Shown piece by piece: positions 34,825 to 46,830 of a DNA stretch of 64,000 nucleotides. The notes beneath the pieces are model-generated. The model ran no database searches. It saw only the letters and a program-made list of their open reading frames with translations, and was not told the DNA's origin. Source of the DNA: Camelus dromedarius (Eukaryota); assembly GCF_036321535.1 (NCBI RefSeq), contig NC_087437.1, forward strand, positions 112,842,001 to 112,906,000, in the 5' to 3' direction. The stretch's first letter is position 1, and every line of letters starts with the position of its first letter. A program made the translations under genes and the position numbers.

Positions 34825-34915
34825 GATGCTGGTGACTCAGGTTGGATCATGGGGAGGAAGTGGGCGAGTCATAGGTGAATGACGTGTAGTGTGCTTTCCT
34901 AGCCATGTGACATGT
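34825..34915. promoter_or_regulatory. Compact candidate enhancer motif cluster
   Basis: TGACTCA 34833-34839, GAGGAAGT 34854-34861, TGACGT 34880-34885 and CATGTGAC 34904-34911. Confidence 0.4.
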
Positions 34916-35941
34916 TCCGAAGTTTCAGTTAGAAGGGTTGTTAGACCACTTTGGATTTGGAGCCGTTCATTCACCTGGTGAGCTTAAATGTCCTGCTCTC
35001 CTGCTATATTCCTGCATTTGCCCCTGTGATTGGGGCTGATATTTGGCAGGTACATCTCAGTCTATTAAAATATTGAACTACTTTTTGTTGGTTGCCAGAT
35101 AACCATTGGCTGGACACTTTCCAACCTCCCCAAGGGTCTGTGTCCATTCTAATTGGTCAATGCCTGTTATTCCACTGATTTTTAAATAGTTGTCATCCCA
35201 GTTAATGGGGCAATTAAAACAAATTTCCATCCACGTAGGTGGTGGGAGGTGCCATGCATTCACTTGCCTGGAAAAGTCTCCATGGTTCTTTCAGGATGAA
35301 AGGAACCCCTAACCATTATCTCTGTTTAGGTGATTGAGAAAACAAGTTGCGAGAAGACACTCCATTGATGAGGAGAAGAATTAATATCAGCTATTTTTTT
35401 TTTATCATAAGAAAGTCCCTGGAATAATTCAACCAGGTAAAATCAGCAGACACATGACCTAAAAAAAGATGAGGTTTGTACAAAGGGGTGGATGTCATCT
35501 GGCCCAGTCGGAATTCAGTGAAGACGGGATCACTCTCTTTAATGTCATAACTACCCAGGATGTTGTTTATTTGTAGTCTTGGGACATGTTGGAGACAAAA
35601 TTCAGAAAGGGATTCTAATTTGAAGCTTTTAAATCCTGAGCTGCAGTTATTACCATAGGGCGTGCCCATACTGGAAACCTCTTGTTAATTTCCACACATT
35701 CACCCACTCACCCCATCATATATGATCTTTGTGGAAAAAATGAGAATACCTGAAAGTATATATTTTTCCCCCACCCTAGCCACTGCCAACCCTTCCTTTA
35801 GCCCTCCCCCAAAGAGTCTTTGCTGGTGATTTGCCCTTATATAAACATATATTTTAATACTTAACATATGAACCATAGTATCTAAAATCTATTTCTTTCC
35901 ACTTAATGTACAGCAGACATCTTCTAAAGTTAATGGTATGG

Positions 35942-36331
35942 TGTGGTCCCCAGATCCTGCTTCAGAGTCAGGACACTCATTTCCTCAGCTGTCTGGAAGT
36001 TGACTGGTGACAGATCACAGCTAAATCCTTCCCGTGAAATTGTCCTTGGCCAAAGTGACGCCTTCTCCCAGGGGACTGTTCACATCCAGGGGCTGGTCAG
36101 TGAATGCTATAAAGGCTCAGCCTTCATGCTGAAAAGTCTTCTTAGCTCCAGAGTCTCCTGTGGGATCAACTGAGACCCCTGTTCCAACTGCATCTCCGTT
36201 TAACTCCTTCGTTTGTGTTTTCCCACTGCTTTCACTCCTGCACAGGTGTCGTCCCTCAGGGCCTCTCCCGGTACAACTCCAGCCTGCAAACCTCCATCTC
36301 AGACTCTGTTTCACAGGAACCAGTCGAGACA
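35942..36331 (+). mobile_element. LTR16C-like ERVL solo LTR
   Basis: cccagatcctgcttcag...cactcatttcctcagctg...ttgtccttggccaaag...ctgcaaacctccatctcagactctgtttc...gagaca. TATAAA retained at 36108-36113. Confidence 0.75.
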
Positions 36332-36524
36332 ATGCCCCATCTTCTCAATATCTTCAACAGACAGAATCTAACAAATATATTTAGTTTCATTCCCTATAAT
36401 CGTGTTTCACATTTTCTGTTTAGTATTCTTTCTTGCTGTTTCCTTCTGATTTTTAATAGATTTTATTTTGGTTTTATTTTACCAGATTAGTAATTTCCTT
36501 TGCACTTTTTTCATTTCAGACAAA

Positions 36525-36878
36525 CACTGTCCAATAGAAATATAATGAGAACCACATATATAATTCAAATTGTTCTAGTCAGCCAAAGGCATGGCTCATT
36601 GGGGATCCTCTTAGAATTCTGACCACTCACACATTAAAAAAGGTTAAGAAAGTGAAATTAATTTTAATAATATATGTTATTTAATCCAAGATATATTATC
36701 ATTTCAACATATATTCAAAGTAAAAATTATTAAGAAGATATTTAAAATTCTTTTTTATTGTATTGTTTTTCAACTCCAATATGTATTTTATACTTACACC
36801 ACATCTCAATTTGCACTAGCCACATTTCAAGGGTTTGGTAGCCACATGTGGCTAATGGGTACTGTACTGGACAGCACA
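36525..36878. mobile_element. MER33-like hAT element, opposite orientation to the 8.3-kb copy
   Basis: cactgtccaatagaaatataatgagaaccacat...actagccacatttcaag...gccacatgtggcta...tactggacagcac. Confidence 0.85.
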
Positions 36879-37587
36879 CTTCTAGAGGATTGAAAGTGTC
36901 CATCAAAATTGTATTCTAGGATGTCAGCAAAAATGATGAAGTAAGGACCTCCAAAAACTCTCCTCTATAAAAGCAACAAGAACGTTGGCAAGAAAAAAAA
37001 GAGTTAGAATCAACATTTTCAGAACTCTGGAAGTTAACCAAAGGCTTGCAGCAATCTAGGGAGCATTTATTCAAGAAAAAGAACTGGATCCTGGTAAGAA
37101 CAATGAGTGTTGTGTCACCTTAACTGCTGTATTCCCATTTCCTGTCCCCAGCACCATGGCAGCCTTGAAATCCTACAGCCTGAAGTCACAGTGAAAACCA
37201 GCAGCCCAGTAGCCACTGGAGGGGGCGGAATGCAATTGGAGCTCCTTCAAAGCCACGTCTTTAGAGAATTGTCAATATCTAACCTGTCTGATGTTCCTTT
37301 GGAAGACCCTATTTGCAAAGCTGTCTTTATTTTATCTGTCTCAGAGTTCATCTAGTGCAAACAGCCTTTTCCCCAGGGATGTGTGTTGAAAATAATCAGA
37401 GGCAATTACTGAATATCACGGCTGCCTGAGGTGGTGGATAACAGTTGGGACAAACAATAGGCTAACCAAAAAGCTTAAAAGGAAAATCTGGGGAATGGAT
37501 ATCCATAGGGAGCTGTGAAAATCTCCAAAATATTCCTGGAAGTCTAGAAGGCCATGCAAATGTGTAGGGCTGTGTGCATGCCCGGGG

Positions 37588-37588
<1 letters not shown>

Positions 37589-37620
<32 letters not shown>
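37589..37620. repeat. (TG)16 microsatellite
   Basis: Perfect TG run. Confidence 0.95.
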
Positions 37621-37623
<3 letters not shown>

Positions 37624-37851
37624 AGGAAAGACCTGAGAATGTCCTAGTTCTCACCACTGGCTAAGATGGAGTTGTAAAGTGCTTGACAGAATGTTGAGGT
37701 GTCTCCCAAAACACACAAAGAACTTCTTGGCAAAAACTAGGAGACTTGTTGGTTCCAATCATCTAAGGAAGTGTCTGCTGAATCATTAACTGACCACTAA
37801 TCAGAAACTTCAGTGTCCTCATACAGCAAAGAATATACACTTCACTTTAGA

Positions 37852-37945
37852 GGGGAGGGTAATAGCTCGATGGTAGAGCACATACTTAGCATGCATGAGG
37901 TCCTGGGTTCAATGCCCAGTACTCCCATTAAAAAAACACAAAAAT
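37852..37945 (+). mobile_element. tRNA-Ala-derived SINE (camelid Vic-1-like)
   Basis: ggggagggtaatagctcgatggtagagcacatacttagcatgcatgaggtcctgggttcaatgcccagtac plus A tail resembles tRNA-Ala(AGC). Confidence 0.88.
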
Positions 37946-38415
37946 TAAGTTAATGAACAATTAGTTTTATTTACAATAGCACTCAACCCATAAAATACTT
38001 AGGAACAGATTTAACAAAAGAAATACTGAAAACTAGAAAACATTGGTGAAAGAAATTGAAGAAGACCTTTGAAAATGGAGAGACATCCTATGGTCACTGG
38101 ATTGGAAGATGGCAATACTTCCCAAATAGATTTTCATGTTCAACACAATCTCTATCACAATCCCAGCTGCTGCTTTTTGAGGAAATTGACAAGCTGATCC
38201 TAAAATTCATATATAAGAAGTGTAAGGGATCCATAATCACCAAAACAATCTTGAGAAAGAGGGAAAAAGTTGGAGAACTTGTATTTTCCAGTTTCAAAAC
38301 TTCAGCTCAGTTGTCAAGGTTGTGTGGTACTGGCATAAGGAAAGGCACATAGACAATAGAATAGAATCGAGAGTCCAGAAATAAACTCATACATTTAGGG
38401 TAGATTGACTTTTCA

Positions 38416-39052
38416 TTTTTTTTTTTAATTGAAGAAGCTGATGTACAATATTATGTAAGTTGCAGGTGTACACTATAGTGATTCACAATTTTAAAGGTTA
38501 TACTCCATTTATAGTCATTATAAAATATTGGCTATAGTCCCCGGGTTGTACAATATGTCCTTATAGCTTATTTTATACATAATAGTTTGTACCTCTTAAT
38601 CCTCTATCCCTATAATGCCCCTCCCCTTTGACCTCACCCCACTGGTAACCGCTAGTTTGCTCTCTATATCTGTGAATCTGCTTCTTTTTTGTTACATTTA
38701 CTAATTTGTTGTATTCTTTAAATTCCACATGTAAGTGATATCATATGGTATTTGTCTTTCTCTGTCTGATATATTTCTCTTAGCATAATACCCTCCAGGT
38801 CCATTCATGTTGCTGCAAATGGTAAAATATCATTCTTTTTTTTTAAGGCTGAGTAGTATTCCATCCACTCATCTGTTGATGGACACTTAGGTGGTTTCCA
38901 TATCTTGGTAATTGTAAGCATGCTGCTATGAACATTGAGGTGCATATATCTTTCTGAATTAGTGTTTTTTTTTTTTTTCAGATATATACCCAGGAATGGA
39001 ATTGCTGGGTCATATGGTAGTTCTATTTTCAGTTTTTTGAGAAAACTTATGA
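38416..39052 (-). mobile_element. 5'-truncated L1 3' end nested in an older L1
   Basis: ORF 38805-39089(-) includes [20 protein letters not shown]. Poly-T at 38416. TSD tagattgacttttca 38401-38415 / tagattgattttca 39053-39066. Confidence 0.9.
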
Positions 39053-39999
39053 TAGATTGATTTTCAACAACACTGCAGACATAATTCAATGAGGGAAAAT
39101 AAAACTTTTCAACAAATGATGCTGGGACAATCGGATATCCACGTATGCAAAAGAATGTAATTGTACCTCTTACCTCACACCATATTCAAAATTTAACTTA
39201 AAATAGATCAAAGACCTAACTCTAAATATAAGAGTTAAAACTATAAGACTCTTAGAAGAAAACATAGGTGTGTATCTTCATGACCTTGGATTAGGCAACT
39301 GTTTGTTAGATATGACACCAAAACCACAAACAATTAAAGGAAAAATAGATAAATTGAATTTCATCAAAATTTAAAAAATATGTGCTTTAAAGTATTATCA
39401 TTCTCTAGAAAGTGAAAAGACATGCCACAGTATGGGAGGAAATATTTGCAAATCATATACCTGATACAAGTCTAAATTGGACACTTGAAAAAGGTGAACT
39501 TTATGGTATGTAAATTATATTTCAATTTTTTAAAATAAAAAAAGGAATTTTTAGAAAAGATATGTGAGAAAGATGTATTCTATTAGATACTCTTAAATTT
39601 TAACAAACCTATTTTAACCCACATTTATCTATCAACATCAGGAATTGAATAGCATTTATAAGTCACCTTCCTTTCTATTATCTCCACAGTATATGGATTT
39701 AATTTCTGCTTACTCTCCCTACTCACTTCTCTGCAACCTAGATTTTGTTGTTGATGATGATAGTGGAAACAATTATATAATTATTACTTACTGAGTGCTA
39801 AGTGCCAGGTACCTTGTTTGTTTTATACACATTGTCTCATTTTTCCCAAGCTGTTAACTACCGCCTCAAACTACTCCTCAGACTGTTCAGGGATTTTTCT
39901 TTTTCAGACATTGTCTTCTATTTTAAGCCTCCTTCAAACAGTTTTAAATTAAGTAGCATAATTATACTATCAATGATTTTTTTTGTATTGATTTCTTAA

Positions 40000-41125
40000 A
40001 TCCACTTTCCTTCTGTGGCTTCCATGACGCCACATAATCCCAGTGCTCTCTTACTTCTAGGAGACTCCCTCTCATTCTCTTTTGCTTGATTCTCCTCTTC
40101 TTAACTTCTGAGTATTTCAGTGCCCCGAGACTGAGTCTTCAGAACTTTTCTGTCGTCACTTACCTCACACTTTAGGTGATCTCATCTGGTTCCAAGGCTT
40201 TAAATATCACTTTTCAGACAATTCTCGAGTTGGTATTTCCAATCCTTAACACTATCCTAAACTCCACCTGCCAATTTGACATCTCCACTTGGATGTTCAA
40301 TGAGCATCTCAAATTTAACATGTCCAAAACCAAACTCTTAATTCTCTCCCCAGATTTGGTCTTCCTCTGTTTTTCTCCATCTCTGTGAATGGCACCCTAT
40401 TAACCCAATTCAATTTGACCAATTTTCAGGTCAAGAATTTTAGAATCACACTTGAATTGTCTCTTTCTCTCATACTCCCCCAATTCAATCCAACAGTAAA
40501 TTCTTTTGTTTCTATCTTCAAAGTAAATATCCAATTCCTCTACTAACATCATCACCACAAAATAACATCACATTTCTCCTGGATTAGCACAATACACTCT
40601 TAACTATCTTGACTCTTTCCATCTTGTTTCCAGACCAAAGACAGAGTGATCCTTTCTATTGTTTCCCATCACAGTAGAATATAATTCAAAGTCCTTTCCA
40701 TAGTTTACAAACCTTAGGTGATCTGCTTCCCTGGTACCTCTCCACATCCACCTCCAACTCTTCTCCTTACCTTCACTTGACTCTAGCCACACTTGCCTCC
40801 TTATTCATTCCTGAGTTTTCTGAGACCACTTCTGCCTTCATGGTGCTTGGAGCATTTGCCCCGCCCCCTCTATATCCTCATGGTAGCCTCCCTCACCTAT
40901 TTTGGGTCTTTGCTTCAGTATCAACTCAGCGATGCCCTCTCTGACCACCCCCCATCTATAATAGCAGTTCCTTCCACTCACTCTCTTTGCCCTACATTGT
41001 TTTCCTTCATTGAACATATGTATTTGTTGACTTTATGCCCACAAGAGTGCAGATGTGATAAGGATAGGTACTATGTTTTATTTACTCCTAATCTCTATCA
41101 CCTAGAATAACTGAATAGATGGTTT
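40000..41125 (+). mobile_element. L2a 3' ~1.1 kb
   Basis: gacatctccacttggatgttcaatgagcatctcaaatttaacatgtccaaaaccaaactc and further L2 3' motifs. Confidence 0.85.
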
Positions 41126-41149
41126 CATTGTTCATCATCAGAGTAAAGA

Positions 41150-41400
41150 AATGGGTAAGACTACCAATTGTGTAGCCAATTTCTTGGGTCCAAAGAGCCA
41201 GCTCTGTCGCTATTCTGGCTGTTTAACCTTGGACAAATTATTCTTATGTCTCAGTTTCTTCCTCTGTATAATGGGGAAATAACAGTTCATCCCTATGGTG
41301 ATACTGGAAAAAATTAAATGAGATATAAATGTAAAGTTGATTAGAATAGTGCTACTTCAATCAGTATAAGCCTTCAATAAATGTTGGCAATCATTATTGT
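41150..41400 (+). mobile_element. MIR SINE
   Basis: ccagctctgtcgcta...aaccttggacaaatta...tgtctcagtttcttcctctgtataatgggga...tcaataaatgtt. Confidence 0.8.
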
Positions 41401-41921
41401 TACTATTACATACTAGACTTTTTTCTTGATTCTGATTCTTCTTATTTGGGTAGAGTATACTCAAGTAATTTTCTCAGAAAGGGTAAGGAAATGTGAATGC
41501 TCTATTTTCCTGCATTCCAAAAGTCTCTTCCTTTGATTATCATGTTCAATCCACAGTAAGTGCTCAATAAATGTTTCCTATTACATTTAGTATATACAGA
41601 CTCTTCCTATTCTTGTCATGTTTATTCTGATCCATTATCATTGCTTTAGAGAACGTCCTCAAGTAAAATCTTCAGAAAGACTATGGGGATGGTATGTAAT
41701 TTGGATCTTTGTCTGTCCAAGCCCGTCTTCCTTTTATGATTACACATGAATTGTAGTTTGGCTCTAGAATTCCTTCAGAATTCTGTCAATGTTGTTTCAC
41801 TCTCCTAGCATTTGAAAGCTGCAGGTGAGAATGCCACTGTCGGTCCTCAACACACAGTCTTCTGCTTTTGTTTGGAAGTGTGTGGGATTTTTACTTAATA
41901 TGACATTTCTCTTTATGTCTC

Positions 41922-42420
41922 TTTTGTGACAACATGGCGAACCTGGAGGACATTATGCTAAATGAAATAAACCAGATACAGAAAGACAAGTACTGCCTGA
42001 TCTCACACACATGTGGAATTTTTAAAAGTTGAATTTAAAGAAACAGGGTGGTGGTTGGCAGGGGCTGGGAGGTAAGGGAAATGGAAGACATTGGTCAAAG
42101 GGTACAAACTTTCAGTTATAAGATGACTAAATTCTGGGGACTCTAATGTACAGCATGGTGACTATACTGTTAACAGTTAATACAGCTAATGCTACTGTAT
42201 TGCATACATGTAATTTGCTAAAAAATAGATCTTCTGTTTTCACCAAAAACAAACAAGAAAAGGTAACTGTGTGAAGTGATGGATGTGTTAGTTAGGTTGA
42301 TCGTGGTAATCGTTTCTTGACGTACACGTGTATCAAATCATTATGTTATAATGATTAATATGTTAAATATGCATAATTTTTATGTGTTAATTATACCTCA
42401 ATAAAACTGGAGAAAATAAA
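41922..42420 (+). mobile_element. L1MA9-like 3' end
   Basis: tttgtgacaacatggcgaacctggaggacattatgctaaatgaaataa...caaagggtacaaactttcagttataagatg...ttatacctcaataaaactgg. Confidence 0.85.
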
Positions 42421-42855
42421 TACATTTCACTGTGGCAGGTTTAGTTGACTGTCTTCTATTTAGAATTCCTCCCTAGTGTTTGTTGGCTTCTTTTGATGTG
42501 AAGATCCAAGTCTTTCTTAGCATAGGGGAATTTTCTTTTACTATTTATTGGATTATGGGCTCTTTTCCAAGTGAATTATTGTCTATTGGAACTCATTTAA
42601 GTGGCCGACTCTCTTAGATCTTTCCTCATATTTCATATCTTAGTCTTAAAATAGCTATTTCTTTGGGTTTTGTTTTTTTGAAAAATTTTTTAGTTATTCA
42701 TACATTGAATTTCAGAAATGTTCTTTTTGCTATTTAGCATCCCCACTGAAGTTACTTTGATGTACTTTTTTTTTTTTAAACTTCCAAGGTATATTCTCCA
42801 TTTTCATAGTAGGTTGCTTGATGAATGTAAAATCTTCACAAGTATAAATAAGGAT

Positions 42856-43212
42856 TGCCATAGACTTAATGTTTGTGTCTCCCCACCCCAAATTCATATG
42901 TTGAAACTTAATCCCCAATGTGATGGACTGGGAGGTGGGGCCTTTGGGGGGATGATTAGGTCATGATGGGGGAGCCCTTGTGAATATGTGTAGTGTTCAA
43001 AAAAAAAAAAAGACCCTAGAAAATGTGCATGATGACTCAGCTAGATGGCAGCCTCCTAAGAGCAGGAAAGAGTGCCTGCCTCAGACACTGAATCTCCTGG
43101 TGTCTTAATCTCGAACTTCCCAGCCTCCAGAATTATGAGAAACAAATTTCTGTTGTTACAAGCCACCTGGTATTTGGCATTTTTGTTATAGAGGTCTGAA
43201 CAGACTAAGACA
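42856..43212 (+). mobile_element. MLT1A0/MST-like solo LTR
   Basis: tgccatagacttaatgtttgtgtc...caaattcatatgttgaaac...gaacagactaagaca. Perfect TSD aggat at 42851-42855 / 43213-43217. Confidence 0.9.
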
Positions 43213-44199
43213 AGGATGAAAACCAGATTTTGGGGAGACGTTCCCTCATGTTTTCTGCAGTATTACCAACGACTTTATGTTTTTCCTTCTGCAGTGACTC
43301 TCCAAAAGGGTTTACTTGTCCCACTGCACTAGGCCTGTGCACTGTGGAATCGTATAGTTCCTCCTGGAATTCTCTCTCAATTTAATCCATGTTGCATCAT
43401 ATCTGGACAATACTCTTCAGAGTCTGGAATAAAAGGTTGGAGCTTTTCTTAGTTCCAGCTACAAGTAGTTTTCTTCTCTATTTTAGTTTCATTTTGCTCA
43501 TTTCCTTCTCTACAGTTTTTAAAAAAATTAACTAACTTAATAGCTTAACTTTTATTGCATAAGCTTATTAAATTCATACCTTAATTTTTATGACAACAGA
43601 AACTACAGTGGAGGCTAATCTGGAAGGGTGATACTCTTTTGCTATTCAAGAGTTGACATACGAACAGTTTCAGTTATGCTTTAATTCTTCCTGTCTTAGG
43701 ATGCTATTTTACTGTTTTATCAACAAAATACTTTCTTAAATTCTTTTTGTGGTATTTCTGTAGCATTGAGTTTCTATGGACTATAGGATTAATCTATTAT
43801 CTCTCAATCAGTAGTTTTTAAACTGAGCCCTTCTGTATAATTATCACCATCTGAGTGCTATGGGAAACTTGGAAAATGTTTTTGTTCTTACCTTCAGAAT
43901 GTACAGTTTGATTAGAAGGCATACAACAATAAAATAGAAAAAGTGTATAATTAAGAACAAATAGAAATATAAAGATAAAAATATGTAGGTGTCCAGAAAA
44001 GAAAGAAATTAGTGCAGAATGAGATAATCATCAAACTCTTCATGGAGACCATGTAACTTGCATGGAAACTTAATGGATGAGTATCATTTGAAAAGGAGAG
44101 AAGTGAAGTCTGGCTTTCCAGGTGGAACAAGCAACAAAGGAAATGGTGTTTGTATAACAGTAAAGACTCAGGCCTGATTATATTTAAATTAGACCAGAG

Positions 44200-46830
44200 A
44201 GAGAGTCAGAAATTAAAAGAGAGCTATCACTATAGATCCCATTGGTATACAAAAAAAGGATGCTATGAAACAATTTTATGCCAAAAATTAAATGGAAATT
44301 TCCTTCAAAAAGTCCACATAATAAAATAGATTCAAGAAAGCATTGCCTGAATATTTGTTAGAGAAACTGAATCTGTTGTTTAAAACTTTTTCTCAAAGCA
44401 AACTATTCCCTGAAGTCTTCAATGGTGAATTTGAACAAACATTTAGAGAATAACACCAATCTTACACATATGGTCCCAGAACATGGAAAAGGAGGAATTC
44501 TCAAAAACTTGTTATATGAGGAAAACAACTGATGTCAAAACTTAACAAGAACATTACAAGAAAGGAAAATTCAAGTCAATGTAGAACTCACAAGCAAAAT
44601 TCCCAAACACTGGCCAACCAAAGTCAGCATTATATAAAAGATAGTATTGTGACTAAATTAAATTTGTCCAAAGAATAACGTTAGAAAATAAATCAGTCAT
44701 GAAAATAAATCATGTAATTTGCCAGATTAACAAATAAAGAAAACTATGACCAATCCAGACATTCAGAAAAATCATTTGGATAAAATTTATCATCCATAAA
44801 AATTTTTAAGAAAATTGGGAATGGAAGAGAACAACTTCAATATGGCAAGTGTTATCTATGAAAATAAAAAAAAGCTATAGCAATAGCAAACATTATACTT
44901 ACTGGATGAAATTTTGAAAGGTCTCTTTTTGAAAATGGGGATAAAACAAAAATGTCCACTCTTATTTCTATTCAACATTGTACTGGAGCTCCTAGCCAAT
45001 GAAGAAAAACAAGATAAGGAAATGGATGATATATGAATTAGAAAGAAAAATATAAAACTCACATGATTCATAAATAATATCATAGCATGTGTCAAAAAGA
45101 ACCTACAGGTATAGCAGTGCAAAGGGCCAAGAAGAGCAAAGCATTCTTAAGAAGAATAATAAGGCAGAAGGATTTGCTCTATTGGTTATCTACTTATAAA
45201 ATCACAGTGATTAAACTAATGTGTATTAGTGGGTGGAAAGACAAAAGTTTCAGTGGTATAAAATACAGGAATCTAGAAACAGACTCATGCATATTTGGAC
45301 ACTGGATATTTGACACAGTTCTCTTCAATAAATGATATGGGACAACTGGATATCCATATGGGAAAAAAAGAAACTCAACCCATGACTCATATCATACATA
45401 AAATTTAATTTCAGATGGATTCTACATCTAAATGTGAAAGATAAAACCAAGTTTCTAGTTGATAATATAGACACTGTTTTCCTACTTTTGGGTAGTAAAA
45501 ATCTTAAACAGAGTACATCATGTTTTAACCATTGAAATAAAGATGGATAAATCATGCTTGTTTAAAATTAAGAATATTTGTTTAAGAGAAGATATTTTTT
45601 TTAAAAGCAACTCTTACAAACCAATAAGAAAAAGATAACCAGGAGAAAAAGGGGCAAGCAACTTGAATGGGCAATTCACAAAAACGTTATCCAAATTGCC
45701 AAAAAACTTACAAATCAGAAAAGTGCAAATTAAAACCAGTGAGAATCAACAGATTCATCAGAATGGCTACAATTAAAAAGACTGATAATACTACATTATT
45801 TGGTGAGGACACAAAGCAAAGGGAACTGTCGTACACAGCTAATAAGAGATTAAATCCTGCATCCATTTTGAAAAACAGCTTAGTGTTACCTATTAAATTT
45901 GAAGATACACATACGTTATGCTCCTACAATTCCACTCCTATGTCTATGCCCAGTAGAAATGCACGTACATGTGTATGCACAAGAATGCCAGGGAAAGTTC
46001 CCAGGAACTTTAAACTTTAAACAGCCCTAACGTCCTATAACAGTAGGATGGATAAATAAATTGTAATATATTCATAAAATAAAATAAGATAAGCAACGAA
46101 AGTAAAAGAACTACTGTATGGAGCAACATGGATTAATCTCATAAATATAACTTTGAAGGAAAGAAACCAAGTGCAAAAGAATACTAACTGCAAGATTCCA
46201 TTTATATGAAATTCAAAAATCAAGTAAAACTAAACTATAACGTGTAGGGATATAAGCTTAGGAGGTAACATTTTTTAAATCTGGGAAGTGGCTTCCATAA
46301 AAATCAGAATAGTGACTACTTTTATCAGGGAGGGATGGTGACTGGGATATTGGGAAGATTTCTAGGCTGCTGGTAACACTATTTTTTGAACTAGTTACAT
46401 GGATGTTTACTTTGGGATAAAACATTAAGCTATACATTTTTGGTTCTTCCTTTTTCTGTATTTGGGTTCTCTCACACACACAATTACAAAAGGAAAAAAA
46501 ATGATTAAATACATTAAGATACACGTAAATTATGGCATGCTGAGATGTTGAGTAACATTTTAAAACAGTAGATTTATACAGAGTGACATTGGAGAGTTTT
46601 TGAAGACATATTTTTACCATTAAGAAAACTGAACAAATTGCAGGATGATGCACACGATGTGATACATTTATATGGAGACAAAGCAACACTATATATATTT
46701 GCATATACATTCATACTGGCACTTCTGTGGTGCACACATACATATATATGCACACGTACTTCCAGAGTACATAGAAATAATCTCAGAAGTATCCATACAA
46801 ATCTATAAACAGTGGTTACCTCTAGGGAGA
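44200..46830 (+). mobile_element. Ancient degraded L1ME-type ORF2 and 3'UTR
   Basis: A-rich with ORF2 motifs (ttctattcaacattgtactggagctcctagcc, atgggacaactggatatccatatg, cagaatggctacaattaaaaagactg, gcaacatggattaatctcataaatataac). Confidence 0.8.

Larger units (their letters stand above)
36919..39568 (+). mobile_element. Old L1 (L1M4/L1MB-like) with 5'UTR, part of ORF2 and extreme 3' end, internally deleted
   Basis: 5'UTR-like 36920-37850 (tcagcaaaaatgatgaagtaaggacctcc...aatcaacattttcagaactctggaagttaaccaaaggcttgcagcaatc). ORF2 at 37960-38415 and 39053-39470. 3' terminus gtgaactttatggtatgtaaattatatttcaat at ~39495-39525. Confidence 0.75.
41410..43300 (-). mobile_element. Very old L1/HAL1-like ORF1 region, fragmented
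   Basis: Antisense ORF1-type motifs (ctcaagtaattttctcagaaaggg, tagtttggct, aggggaattttcttt) similar to the 2900-3600 region. Interrupted by an L1MA fragment and an LTR. Confidence 0.45.

Noticed and set aside
37852..37930. tRNA-Ala gene
   Set aside because: The acceptor stem is disrupted, it has an A-rich tail, and a second diverged copy lies at 21.5 kb, so it is a SINE.
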